Shown here: positions 36,263-50,010 of the stretch, piece by piece
Numbering within the stretch: the stretch's first letter is position 1
Layout: the number at the start of each line of letters is the position of its first letter
Translations under genes and position numbers: made by a program
The notes under the pieces: model-generated
What the model was told of the DNA's origin: nothing
Databases searched by the model: none
Seen by the model: only the letters and a program-made list of their open reading frames with translations
DNA from: Camelus dromedarius
Taxonomy: Eukaryota
DNA: 64,000 nucleotides
Direction: 5' to 3'
Assembly: GCF_036321535.1 (NCBI RefSeq)
Contig: NC_087454.1
Coordinates: 14,632,001-14,696,000 of the forward strand

Positions 36263-37723
36263 AACTGCCTTTTGTCTGGAGTGTTTATTTGCCTTGCAAA
36301 AGTCATCTTTGCTATGGAAACATAACACACATTTAGCTTTAACGCAGGAGTTTACTATACCCTTTATGTCTTAAGTCTGGTTTAATACATGAGCAGGCTT
36401 TTCCCAGTTTCCTGTTTATACAGAGTAGACTCTTGACGAAAATACACACTACCAAAAACCTATAAAAGATTTCTGATTTATTTAATATCATTATGTTAAA
36501 CTTCACTGATAGGTCATTGAGAAAAACAAGTTCGAGTGAAGACATTCTGTATATGCACATAAACACATATATACATACATTATATAGATAGATTCTTAAC
36601 TCATCTTTGCTTTTAGGTATATATTACTTAGTACATGATATATTTAGTACATGGAATATGCACATTTTATTTATATTTTTTTAATATTGGCAAAAGACCC
36701 AATATCTGTCTTAGACAATTAAAAGACCTTGAAATTATGCATGATTTTCATTATACTAGGATTTCTGTGTTGAATCAAAGGTCATTATTCTAATCGTCTC
36801 AGGCTCCTCTTTTTTCCCCTAATAGATCTTTGCAATGCCCATCTGTCTGTGGTTCATGGTATAACCTTTTCTGATAGGGGCAGGATGGCAGATGGGCAGC
36901 AGATGGGAGTTTGCCCTGCATCTTGGTTCAGATCCTGGCCCAGGCAGAAACTGTCAGGGACTGTCAGTTTGTCCTCGCAGCTTGTGGGCTCCAGTACTGT
37001 GTTCGGCATCCCAACTCATCTCTGAATTGATGCAGAGCTGGACCAGCTATTGGTCATTGTGACAAGTTAATGGTTAAAGACTAACAATAAGGGTAGGAGG
37101 CAGCCAGTGGGTCTGTAAAAGCACTTGAGAGAAAATGTCCTCTCTGTTTCACTGTGCACAGGGTCCTCGGGACCCGGGAGTCAGCTTGTTCTCAAGATCA
37201 AGGTGGCAGAATTAGGAAATAGTATTGTCGCATAGGTGTTTACCTGCTTTTGAAATATATAACTCAGTTTCCCCAAAGTCCTTCTTTCTGCACAAAATCA
37301 TACAAGGAAGTGAGAAATAGAGATAGACAGTCTGTGTCTTGATCCTTAAACCAAATATTTTTGTCTAAATTATTGAACATCTTGTCATCTTCTGGAATTC
37401 CTAAGGATACCACATGATTAAAATTTGGACTAATGATAACATTTTGAATACAATAACTATAATATCTTCTACCAAAGCATTAAAAAATAGTTTCATGAAA
37501 TTGCTAGTCTTTCTAAAGGGAAAGGAAAAAGTCTTTTTTTGAATTCTGAGCTATCAGCGCATACTCGTTTTTTTAAAAAAATGTGTACATGAATTTGCTG
37601 CTTTACAAGTGACTCTCTTCATTTTAGATTGAAACCAGATTGGAGTAAACAGATGAGGCTGGGTAAATCCTCCTAATGGAGCCTTGGCAGTGACCATGAA
37701 TAAAAGGCAATAATGAGTCAAAT

Positions 37724-38106
37724 NNNNNNNNNNNNNNNNNNNNNNNNNNNNNNNNNNNNNNNNNNNNNNNNNNNNNNNNNNNNNNNNNNNNNNNNNNNNN
37801 NNNNNNNNNNNNNNNNNNNNNNNNNNNNNNNNNNNNNNNNNNNNNNNNNNNNNNNNNNNNNNNNNNNNNNNNNNNNNNNNNNNNNNNNNNNNNNNNNNNN
37901 NNNNNNNNNNNNNNNNNNNNNNNNNNNNNNNNNNNNNNNNNNNNNNNNNNNNNNNNNNNNNNNNNNNNNNNNNNNNNNNNNNNNNNNNNNNNNNNNNNNN
38001 NNNNNNNNNNNNNNNNNNNNNNNNNNNNNNNNNNNNNNNNNNNNNNNNNNNNNNNNNNNNNNNNNNNNNNNNNNNNNNNNNNNNNNNNNNNNNNNNNNNN
38101 NNNNNN
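37724..38106. other. Assembly gap (383 N)
   Basis: N run. Confidence 0.98.
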
Positions 38107-39639
38107 GACTTAGAGCTTCACAGAGATCATATTGTGTCCTCTCCTCAGCTGAGCTAAGTCCCAGATTTGATAGCACAAGAGAGTTTATGTAAGGAATATG
38201 TGTCTGTGGGTCTCTAAACAATTGTCCATCATAAGTATAGGAACAAAAAAACTATCACACTCTTTCTACTGAGCTGTCGTAACTTATCACTCGGTATTAA
38301 CAGAGAAGCCTAGAATACTCCATGCCTTTCCTGTACCCTGAACTAAACTGAAATATTGTGCTCTGCTGGTTAATAGCATTTCTGTTTATGTAATAAGTAG
38401 ATGATAACATGATTGCAATAATTTACTAATACAAGTTGTTTATATTTAAATATTTTCTTGTGTTCTGGGAGTCAGTGGTTGCTTATACATATGTGTAATA
38501 AATTGTGCTGTTCCAGATTCTCTCAATAATATTGAGTGGTTTTATTCAAATTATGTTTGGATCAGTTCAAGAGATTCCTTCAGTCTGATTTAGATACTTT
38601 GTAGTGTTAACCACCATAGGGCACTTTAAAATCCAGGCTCTAACAGTTAGCTGGTCAATCGTTTACCTAAATATTGAGTAAACACATATGAAATTAATGT
38701 ATGTTGTAGTGCATATCCCATTAGATATTCTATTATCTTTTTAATTGTCTTCTTTCTTAATAAATATATATAAATTTTTAGAACCTCTGTACTTATGTCC
38801 ACAGATGAGATTGTGTGTGTCTCTGTGAGGGAGATGGGGAGAGAGAGAGAGATTATCCATAAGGTTAAATGCTTGACAGGTGGCCAAAGTACCTTAATTT
38901 TGGAAGCTTGGCACTCTATCTGGGGCTTGCTTGAAACCAGCTCATTTATTCACTCCTTTTAAAGGAACCTTGAAATAGAAAAATCTTGTTACAGTGCTGC
39001 CCAGGATGGCCTAAGGACTGTTACACGCCAGCTAACTCTAAATGTATTTGAGCGTGGATCTTGCTAACATGATTTCAGGTGAGGTGTAGACAGGATCTAA
39101 TTAGTTATAAATCTGTAAATGCTTGAACAGAGGCTTAGGTTGAAATTCTCCATCTGACTGATACCACTGCAACACTCTAAACCCAGAAAGCTGTCTTATA
39201 ATGAATTCCTATTAGCCATGGAGTTCAGGCAAAGTCATGAACTTGAGGAAACCAAGGAAACCCTGTGACTTAATCAGTTAGTAGGAAGCTCTGCTTTGCC
39301 AGTGTGCTGTCTGCTTCCCCTGACTTGTTCTTGCTTTGGGGTGGCAGCTCTCAAAAGACAGGTTACAACCACAAGGAGCAGTTCTGTAGAAGTTTTTAAG
39401 CTATCTTACGTAGAACGTCTTCCATGAACTTTTCCATGAACAAGCTCATTTCTTGTATTTAATCATCCTTTAGATTGTATAGTGTTGGTGGATTTCAAAG
39501 TGCTTTACTCATGCTTCATTTCTTTTGATGTTTTAATAACCCACCCACTGCATTCAGCAAGCAGAGAAGAAATTGAAATAAGCAAGAAAACAAATCGAAG
39601 TTCAGCATCCAGAGTTTCGTTGATTGTTGCCTTTTTGTC

Positions 39640-39855
39640 ATAGTCCTTATCATTGGGTATATAATGGCAATCTACAAAAAAAAGTCCTGACCCACAAGAA
39701 ACTTACATCCTAATCGGCGATGCAGAAAATAAATAGACAAATATATGCTAGAATGTCAAATGTCAGATATTATCACAAATATTAAGGCAAGTCAAAGTGT
39801 CAGCGAGTGAGAAGGAAGTGGTACTTCATGTAGAGTGATTGGAGAAAGTCTGTCT
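39640..39855 (-). mobile_element. LINE-2 fragment
   Basis: 'aaaaaagtcctgacccacaagaaacttacatcctaat...aaaataaatagacaaat'. Confidence 0.55.
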
Positions 39856-39870
39856 ATAATTGTGTGTATG

Positions 39871-41045
39871 TTTTTTTTTTTTTTGCATTTTGCTTTATTA
39901 AAATACGGTTTACAGATTGAAATTACACAAATCTTATGCGTAGAGTTTGAGTTTTGCTAAGTGTATACACCTAGGTCACCTTTACCCTATCAATATATAG
40001 AACATTTCTGTCACCTTTCCCAGATAGTTCTGTCATCATAGCTCCCCAGGAGTCACTGTTCTGACTCACCATAGATTAGTTTTGCCTCTTCTGAAACTTT
40101 GTATAAGTAAAATCATACAGTGTGCACTCTTTCCTCTTCTTAAGGTTTTTGATGTTCATCCATGCCATTGCTCTATTGTGATCATTCATTTTATTGTGTT
40201 CCATTGCCTGGACCTGTCAGCGATTTGTTCTTTGGTCTCTTGCTGATATGCATTCATTCGGGTTGTTTCCAGTTTGAGGCCATTATAAATAAAGTTGGTA
40301 GGAACATTTTGCATCAGATTTTTAAATGTATGTGTTTATATTTCTCTCAGGTAAATACCAGAGGGTAGGTTTAACTTTATAAGTAATTTCCATGCCAGTT
40401 TCAAAAGCACTTGTACCATTTTAGAGATTGTAAGAGAGTTCTGGTTTTTATCCCTACATTCTCATCAATATTTGGTGTTGTCAGTCTTTTAAATTTTAGC
40501 CATTTGAGTGGGTGTATATTGGTGTCTCATGTGGTTTTAATTTGCATTTCCATAATGACTAATGTTGGTGAGCGGTATTTCATGTGCTCATTGGCTATAT
40601 ACATATGTATATATTCTTTTGTGAAATGCCTATTCAAGTCTTTTGCTCATTGTTTGTCCTTATATTATTGCATTGTAGGAGTTATATAGAAGTCTTCTGT
40701 CTTGCAAACATTTTCTCCCAGTCTGTGGGTTTACCTACTTATTTTTCTACTGATGTTCTTCAAAGAACAGACATTTTAATTCTGATAAATTCCATTTTAT
40801 AAATTTTGTTTTCATTTTTGAATATCTTCTTCTGTTCTTTAAGAAAATTTTGCTGTCCTGAAGATCACAGAGATACTCTTACCATCTTCTAAAAAATTTT
40901 ATAGTTTAATTTTAATGTTTAGATTTATGATAGTCTAGGATACATTGATGTATATAATGTGAGGTTTCATCCCCCCTCACCCCAAATAATTAGTCAATTG
41001 TCCTAGTATCACTGGTTGAGAATATTTATCTTCTGTAAGATTTTC
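39871..41045 (-). mobile_element. Old LINE-1 3' portion (L1MB/MC group)
   Basis: Poly-T at 39871, 'gattagttttgcctcttctgaaactttgtataagt', 'gggttgtttccagtttgaggc', 'gtggttttaatttgcatttcc', 'tgaaatgcctattcaagtcttttgctca'. Confidence 0.9.
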
Positions 41046-41849
41046 TGATAGAAATGCCTTGGTTGGAAAATCAGTATTTTGAGCTTTAAATTTAGGATGT
41101 AGAAAGATGAAAAGAGCAATATTCCTGCCTTTACAACAACAACAACAAAGTGGTAGAAAATTTGCAAATGCGTAACTTTTCTCGAACCCATGGAAGAGCT
41201 GAGGTCTCAAGGAAATGACCTAACCTAGAATCTGAAGAACAAAGGAGAAGTGAGGTGCAGGCACTTGCTTACCAGAGGCACATGTGTATGGACAGTGGTC
41301 AGAATTCAACTAACATTTTTAACAAATTGCCAAAAGTCAAGTGTGGGATGGCCAGAGAAGGTAAAACTCTTGAGGACTGTAGATGCTAGGGAAATTTGCA
41401 GTCATTCCAGGCTCTTCTACTGATGCATAGGTTGTGTATAAAAAAGATGGGCCAAACATCCAGAGAAATCATTCTTGTGAGCAGACTTGGGAGAGTGGAT
41501 CAGCTACAGCTGGGGAAAAGGCAGGACGTCCCACCTGTGTCATTTTCTTCTCTCTCCTGTAGAGTAAAAGCCTTAAACCACATGGCAAAGAGCGACAAAC
41601 TCTTGTCTGTAGGGCACTGGGGAAAGCTCACTACAGCTGAAAAGAGGATATAGAAAAAAAACCCTATCTGTCCCTGGGTAAGGTGTACAAATACTTCTTG
41701 GGGCCAGACTGAGAGGTTGTTGTGGAGCCAAACCCAGGGGGAGGTCCCGTTTCGAGACCCAGGGTACTGCCCAGTTACTCAGAACAACAGAGAATATATC
41801 CCAGCCTCCACCACCTGGCCAGCAAGTGTTGAGTGGCTAATGCTAGCAT

Positions 41850-41985
41850 GATTCCCAACTTACAGATGGGAAACTAGGGGCAGAAATTAAATGAGGTACC
41901 CCCAAATCTCACAGTTGGTAAATGGAAAAGCTGACATTTGAGACAAGCTAGTCTGGCTCCCGAGTCCTCGTACCCACTGTGCAGT
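41850..41985 (-). mobile_element. MIR SINE
   Basis: 'ccaacttacagatgggaaactaggggcaga...ctcacagttggtaaatgg...tttgagacaagctagtctggctcc'. Confidence 0.75.
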
Positions 41986-41999
41986 ACTACAGAAGCAGG

Positions 42000-42440
42000 A
42001 GAAGCAATGTCAGAGGAAGGAGGCAAATCAGAAGAGTGGGCTGTTCCAGAAGAGAGGGAGGTGCTCCAGGGAACAGAGAGCTTTAAGAAGGGGTGCTGTC
42101 AGCAAGACCAGGTTCATCCCCACTTGAGGAATAAAGTGTCTATTGGACTAATCAGTTTAGAAAATTACCTGTAACTTGAGCAGTGAGTTGTTTCACTAGA
42201 ATGCTAAAGATTGAAACCAGAATCCGTTGGATTCAGAAATGAATAGTGAAGAAGAGGGGTCAGTAAAAAAATCCCTCACTTCCCCTAAGTTTGGATGAGA
42301 AGGGAAGGATTGGTGCATAGGTGGTGACATGGCAACAGGAGTGGTTTTTATGGATGAAAATGATTTGAGCTTACTTACAAGACAAAGGGAAGGAGACAGA
42401 ATAGGGAAGTTTGTTGTCATAAGAGAGAAAAATAGACCAG
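42000..42440 (-). mobile_element. LINE-2 internal fragment
   Basis: Purine-rich antisense L2 text: 'aaagtgtctattggac...cctgtaacttgagcagtgagttgtttcactagaatg...aaaccaga'. Confidence 0.65.
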
Positions 42441-44619
42441 AAAAAAGAAAAATAAATAAGGTAGTGTCAGGAAGTTTGTTGCTGTGTCTGGGATATGTAT
42501 TGAGGGAGTTTTCCAGAAGTATAAATCCCTTATGTACAGTGTTAAAGGATGTATAATTTGTACAGTTTCAGTATATTCCTTATGTCAGATAAAGACTTAT
42601 CCATTCTTAGAGACACAGGCATTAATCTCACATATCTTCCTTGTAATTTTTTTTGAATGAGTTAGCCAGGAAAAAGTTATTTCATCTTCACTGATGTGTG
42701 TTGATATGCACTCTGTCAGAACACAGCTTTTTGGTAATGGTGCAATAAACAACTGTCACCCTGATGTAGTAGTCTGTAGCAGACACAATAACTCAATCAT
42801 TCCATCTTGCTTGACATAATAGAAAGTGGCTTATAAAAAAGACAACCCAAAGAACCTGGTTGAAACTCCAGGTAGCAGGAGTTTTAGCATCTTTGAGGAC
42901 AAGGGTTGTGTAAACTTCCATGTCTTTACCTTCATTCCTAGTAGAGTAGATGCCTCAAAATGCCTGATCTATTGAAAGAGAGTATACATTTATGCTGAGT
43001 TTATTGTTATCAACATATGGCTACTTCAACATTTTAAATCTTGTTTCTGACAACTCATAGAACCTCTTGAAATTGTGGAATTTCAACTACAGCCATGAAG
43101 TTTCAGTTGACTTTAGAGATTTAGTCATGATAGCCAATTACTCTGGTCAATCTAGAAGGCATTTCGCCTGGCAGAACCACTGGAAACATTCTTCCTTTAT
43201 GCTTCTAAATCCTTGACTGTGTGGATAAGATTATGTGGTCAGGTCCATTTCCGTAATATCCATCTTATTCTAAATATTCACTACTTCCAATAATGCCAAT
43301 ACAGTATGTTTTTATTTTTTTAAATGCATTGCTTTATTTATACCAAACATGAGATGAATTTTCTTATATCTATATCTTAAATATTAACACATACTAATGA
43401 ATAAGTAAAGTTTTCATTTGGAAATTGAATTGACATTGAGAACTCTAGGTTGGCTGTCACAGTGGGTCACATGGAAGAACTTGGCCAAGTTTATCAGCTG
43501 TATTTGGCCTTGTTTTCTGCATATGTTTGCCAGATGCAAAAGCCAGTTTATTGCTTGAGGGCACAGAAACCTGGAGGAAAGGCTTGAAAATTGTGCCATT
43601 TAATCCATTGGGTGTCTTTCTTTTTGCTTAGATTTTGCCTAGAGAGGTTTGATTGTACCAGGAGACTATAAATAGAAGTCCAGTGCTTCTCTTTGCCTTT
43701 CGTCAGCTATTGAATTTCGTAGAATGCTCTTGTTCAGCCTTTATGGGGGCACAGGTGAAAAAAAGATTTTAAAAATGAGGTTTGTGGCCAAAACTACAGT
43801 TTTAGATATGAGTGGTTGACAGATAAGTAAATTGACAAACATATTTTATTTAAGGAGTCACAATCCCTTAAAATGGGACAGCGTGAAAACATTTGTATAC
43901 ATATGAAGTTAGTCCCATATGTAACATATTTCAGAAACTTTGACAAATCAATCATTAAATTAAAGGTCATATATTTATAGCTGATTCAAATCCCAGATGA
44001 ATAGAGATGTCAAAGCTTTGAGCATATTGGGCATTTACACATGAATAAGCAAGGTGGCAGAAATTGCTTTCAAGCAGATTTTTTTTTTTGCCTTTGTATG
44101 TTTTTTGGTGGTTCTTCAACTTGCAATTTTCAGTGTTTTTTTCATATTTATATTAGCATGTAATTAGCATATAATTGTATAGTGGGATATGTAAATGATC
44201 CCCCTTAGCACAAGAGGCAAATGGGTATGGATTTTTATTTTCCTTACTGTTATATCTCCAGACTACTTAATATTTTGGGAATATGTGTACTTTTTCTTTT
44301 TAATTGAAATGAATAGTTTTTTTAAGTGATGCAGCAGCCTAGTAAGTTCCATTTTTAAGTCAAGGATCTTAATATTTCAGGGAAGGTGTCCCAGTTCCAG
44401 GACTAGGAAGAACAGAATTCTGATATGTTTGTTACTTTCCCTTCACCACATTTGGCATTTGAATACTCTTTAGATACCAAAGGAAATTGTGCGTTAGTCT
44501 CATAAAACCTTCATATAACCAGATGCGTAAACACGAACTCAGTGACAACATACCTGTGGAGGGAGTCTCCCTGAAACTCTTCTCAGATCGCTGGAAAACA
44601 TCATATGCGAGGAAATAAA

Positions 44620-44880
44620 ATTTTTTTGAAGCATAGTGACTTAGTTATAGGTGGACAACATACTGATTCATTGTTTTTATAGATTGCGCACTGTATGAAG
44701 TCACTGTAACATCACTGACTGTATTCCCTGTGCTATGCATTATATCTCTATGACTTACTTATTTCATAGCCAGTAGTTAGCTTGTACCTTTTAATCCCCT
44801 TCACCTGTGTTACCCATCCCCCCAACCCCCTCCTCTCTCCTCTGGAAGTCACTACTTTGTTCTCTGAGTCTGTTTCATTT
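44620..44880 (-). mobile_element. LINE-1 3' tip (same family as 12225-13684)
   Basis: 'tattccctgtgctatgcattatatc...gtaccttttaatccccttcacct...ccctcctctc...ctactttgttctctgagtctg' is the reverse complement of the L1 3' end seen at 13020-13680. Confidence 0.88.
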
Positions 44881-45619
44881 GAGAAAAGTGTTTGAATGAA
44901 GTTGAACAAATTTAGTTCTTTAATGCTGTGTGTGTCTGTGTGTGTTTGTAGTACACTACAGTTGATCCAGAGAGGAGCTATTTGTAATGTGTTGAGACTG
45001 TTGAAAAATAAAATGGCCAGTGATAAATGGGCAGAAAGTGGACGTCGGTGTGGCTTCCACGTCGCCGTATGCTCTCCATGTCTGTCTTTCCCTTTGTGAT
45101 TTCCAGATCTATTGAAACAGGCACTTCCCACTGAGTAATTCCTCACATCCCAACATGTATAATGAAACTTCTACCTGTAGAATTACTGTGAAATTCTAGG
45201 AACCATTTGAAGCATGAAAAAAAAATTGGAAACCCCGAGAGCCTAATGATAACCTAAAATCCGCACATCCCTGAACTTGCTTCAGGGCATTATAATTGCA
45301 TTTGTCTGTCTGCCCCTCTATATTGTGATTTAATTAAGAGCAAAGGCAGTTATCATAAGATTTACAACCTCTAGCCCAGTATTTGTTATGTCAGAGGTAG
45401 TCAATAAATGCTAGTTTAACGAAGAAAACAGTGGAGAAAGAAGTTCACTGTCTCGTCAGGATTTCTCTCTTTGGTAGTTTGCTGAAGTCAAGTACTTTTT
45501 TGCTTGGGTGGGTGGCAGGGATTCACCCCTGTATACCCCCTTTTGGGTCGGCTGGCGTTGTCAAGGAACTTCTATCTGTGCTCTATGTGTTGGTCGTGAA
45601 AAGAATATTGGAGCTGCCA

Positions 45620-45735
45620 TACAGATGCTTGAGTTCAACTTTTGGCTTCACTGCTCGCTTGCTGGGCCTCCCTGGGAAAACATTTATCTTCCCCAAACCT
45701 TCATTTCTTTGTCTGTAAAGAGGACTCATAACATC
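45620..45735 (+). mobile_element. MIR fragment
   Basis: 'gagttcaacttttggcttcactgctcgcttgctgggcctccctgggaaaacattt...ttcatttctttgtctgtaaag'. Confidence 0.6.
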
Positions 45736-48700
45736 TGCTGCTGACGATGGTTGTTTCACAAAGTTACCTTTCTTCCTTTATTCAAGAAGCTCTTGAAATC
45801 TCCCATAATCTTAAACAGCCCAGGTTATGTAGTAAGAGTAGAATTTTGAAATATGGAATAATGCTTTTACAAAATCCCCTGTAAATCTTGCTGCTCTGCA
45901 GCTGCCGCACCCACGAAATCAATGGCCTTTATTGCTGTAAGCGTAGGGCAGATAGTCTGGATTCTAGAACAAATGTGTCATTGTGTGGTTGGCAGAGATG
46001 TTCTTACGCAAGCCAGCGTTTGTTAAAAATGCAAAACCTTCCATTTTTACATATTGAGAAGAAAGCCTGAGGACTTAAGCCTAGATCTTATAAAAGTGGG
46101 ACCCCACCGGGGAAGCCCCCCTCTGTGCTGCAGCGTGATGCCGGAAAGGGGATTGGGATCTATAGTGGGGAGATTTTTAAAGAAAACAGGCAGATTGAGG
46201 AGGGAGATGAAAGCAAAGGAGTCTGCCTTCCCTTCTGGAACCTTGGAAAACACCTCTGGGGAATATCTAAGCCACCTTGGCATGGGCAGTAGAGTTGAAA
46301 AGTGGCCTCTTGAGAAAAGACCACCTTTCCTCCTGGTACCTCATCTCTTAGAATTGACTGAGTCGTTCTGATGGGGCCAGTTTCATGAACAGAGCTTATG
46401 AGCAAGAGTCAGTGTGCCCTACAGGGAGGGGTCCCAGAAACACAGAGCAAGGGGATCTGTGGCAGAGACTACAGGGTGCCCCTCCACATCTGGGGTCCTG
46501 ACAGCAGACACAGCCAAGTCTCTTGAGATGAGGGGTGAGAGCCAATTCTGGCCGGTCAGGAAAGATGGCCAGAAGTGAGGTTTGTTCCATATTTCTGCTG
46601 AGAGAACCACCCCAGACACTTCCGAAACAGGTACAGTGAAAGTAGACACCAAAACTCAAAGACCAGGCCAGATCAGCTCTGCCCACCCAGACGAGGCTCC
46701 GTCGCTGTCACCACACATCACACCAGCTTCTTTTTGAGGCAAAGCCAGGATGTCAGCAGAGGGAGGAAGGGAGAGAAAACCTAGAAAGGCTAAAAGTTGA
46801 CCCCAAATTGACTATTTTCTGAAGAACCAGAGTTAGACCAAATGAACAAATTTTCAGTTTTTGTTTTTCTTTTTCTTTTTTTTCTTTTTTCCTTACCAGC
46901 AAGTGAGAATGAAGTCTTTTGAGCAAGATTAGGTCAGTTATGTGACAGGATAAATAATTTTTTTTTAAATTAGTTTTTGTCCATCTGTTATATTGAGTAC
47001 ATTTCAAATCAACCACACTAGTCTGTCTCCCTTTGTTTATAACTTAACCATGTGTATAGTGTTCTCATTTATAATTTAGGTATTTGTAGCATTTTATAGC
47101 CTATGGAAGGTTTTCACATCCACCCTCTTCTCTGTTTCTTACCATAACACGATGAGATAATGTCAATATTTACTGTGCTTATGTTTTGTAAGATTTGTCC
47201 AAGAGCAGATACCTGGTGAGAAAGAAGAAAGAGAATGGCTTACAAATCAGGCCCTCTTTGCAAGCCTGGAAACTACCCCAAAGCTACTCTGCTGGGCCTC
47301 ATTATGTTTCTCTCTGGGATTCTGCACTCTGCAATGCTGTGGTTATTTGTTAGCAGAAAAAAAAATATGCACACACATACAAAATTTAAAGAAATATTGT
47401 CACTTACCTTTTTTGGATTTGGTTGCTGTAGTCTGCCTTTCAGAAGGGTCTTTGTAGGTGGCACATTATGAGTATATCAGGGGAAGATGAAACAGCCTAT
47501 GGAAACTCGTTCTGATCATTTTATATCTAGGAAAAATGCAGAGAACAACAGAAGTAAGTCAATATGTTACAAATTCAAGGTCAGCACTCTATGTCAATGT
47601 CTATAGTGTATGCGTTCCAAAGGATTTGTGTCACTATTAAATTAAAAATGATCCACTTTTATCTGATGTGTAGTGGATTTAGCCATGTAATGGACAGAAA
47701 CAAACAATACGAAGGATAGAGAGCAAATGTATTTTGTAAGACAATCTAAGCTTCTTATGAGCTTCAATATAAGTAATAGAGACCATCTCATCTCTTTGGC
47801 TATTCATCCATCTTTAGCGTTAGTGAATTTATAGCTTGTGTTCTCAACCTTGACCTGAGCCCTGAAGTGCTACGTGTGCTTCAGCAGATATATTTCAGAG
47901 GAGTGATTGTACGTCACATGTTAGATATCTTTAACTCTGATCTTAGGTAGATGGGTACTATTAGAATTGAGAGAGAGGCTCTAGTTTGGCATTTCAGGAA
48001 TTTCTCTCTGTTTTGTATGTTTATGTGCTGTATGTCCCCTTTCATTGTAAGGTTTTTATTCTCCATATTCAGTCTAGTTGAATTTGTTGAGCCATCGGTC
48101 ATAGAAATAGATCTACAGGGCTTTCTTCAATGATATTTTTCATTGCTAATGTATTTTGTAACCAGCCAAGTTTATGGATAACCCAGTCTGAGTTCTCTGA
48201 GAGGTGCGTATCAAAGCAGGTTTCTCCTCCTTGCTGAGGAATTTCTGTTTCCCATCAGAGTTCAGTGGGCCATACAGGGCCATGCCAGTCGCTCAACTTG
48301 CTCTCACTATTGAGGCATTGTCCTTCTGTATAACTTGTATTTTCTAAATCAGACCGAATTTGCCATTAGAATGTTGTAAATTCACCTCTTAAATTCCTTT
48401 GGAATTTCTTGTTATATTCATATTTTTAGAGTCTTCACACCAAGCAGAGTTTTTGCCGCCCAGCTTTATCATCACTGATGAAAGAAGGCAAGAGGAGCAA
48501 ATCCCTATTTTTGTGCACCTTTTGGCTACATCCTTGTAATAATCACTATTTGATACAGAGGACAACTAATTAAAAAATGCTTAGGTTGAATAAGTTAAAT
48601 CTCTTTATCCAGCACTGTAGAAAAATGACAACGCAACATGTGTACAGTTTAAAATGACTTGTTGAAATATTTTTGGCTAGATTGGACAGCCATCTCTACG

Positions 48701-49829
48701 GATAAGCCCGTTTGATTTATCACAGTTTTCCATATTATATGTTTAAGTCATTATTCTCAATAGCCACAGCTCATTTTTTCTACTGATAATCACTCTGTTT
48801 TGCAACATATAAATATAACCAAAAATACCTCTACCTGTAATTTTAAAAATTGAAGAAAAAACCCACTTTAATTTTCATGGATTGAATTATGTAGTAAGCT
48901 CAGGACTGACGTTACATAACTTGAGTTATAGATAGAGGCACAACCTAAGAGATGCCTGGAGTATCGGGAAGGAGAATGGAGTAGGGCACGTAGTGATGTG
49001 CTTAGAATGAGCCTACTTCTGCCATTATTAGAAGAGAGTTCTCTTCTTTTTATCTATTTCATATTTTACATGCAGTGATCTTTTCTCTTTGGCTCTCCAA
49101 TTTCCAGTTAGCTCTTTCAGTGGTGTCATCTTTTCTCCCTCTTTCTGACATAAAAAGGGCATTAACTGGAAATTGTAAATAGCTTTGAACTATTTAAGGA
49201 GGGGAAGAGAGAGAATTTCCCCGGCCTCACGTATTTCCACATCTGGATCTAGGACATAGAACATATTGATACGAGTTCCCTAATCATGTCTATTTGGAAG
49301 GATTGCATACACACTTCAGTAAATTTTGGCAAAAGCCATGTCCTCCGATGAGGAAGTGCCTGTCCTCCTCTTATGTCATTTCCCAGCCCTGGAGTCTTGT
49401 TTACACCAAGCTCCTTTGTTACAGATTCAACATAAAGGTCTTTGATACTGTGGGGCCTATCCCTGACTCATTATTAGCTGACACTTTGTGTCTGGCTGGC
49501 AATTTTTCCATGAGTGGTAAGGTCAGCCTCATACAATATTACACAACCTTCCCCCTTGTCTTGTGCGTCAGTGAGAATCAAATGACTCTCAGAGTGAAAA
49601 ACAAAATCTTGGAGTAGGATAGAAAGATGACCAATCTCTAAATAAAGCAAACCAATGTTCAGACTAGAAGTATTCTCTTGTGTTCGTTGTGCATTTTACT
49701 GGTTCTCTGTCAAGAGCTTTCTCTTGCTAAAAGGACTCTTAAAAATTTTGTCTTTGCTATAGGTAGTCATCATCTAGAATTTGTGGTTCCCTCTTTAATA
49801 AAGTTATGGAACATTTGAAGGCTATTCAG

Positions 49830-50010
49830 GGTCAGCACAGTGTAGGGAACAGGGTATTGAGTCAGCAGGTGCTCATTGCATGGACCCTTAACTTTTCACT
49901 CAGTCTGTGACTTCGTCTGTACCACGGAAATAGTTCTACCTACCTCACAGGGATGATGCTGAATTTAATGTGTGGAAGATAACTTGGCAAATTGTAAAAA
50001 CTTATTTAAA
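49830..50010 (+). mobile_element. MIR SINE
   Basis: 'cacagtgtagggaacagggtattgagtcag...ttcgtctgta...acctacctcacagggatgatg'. Confidence 0.65.
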
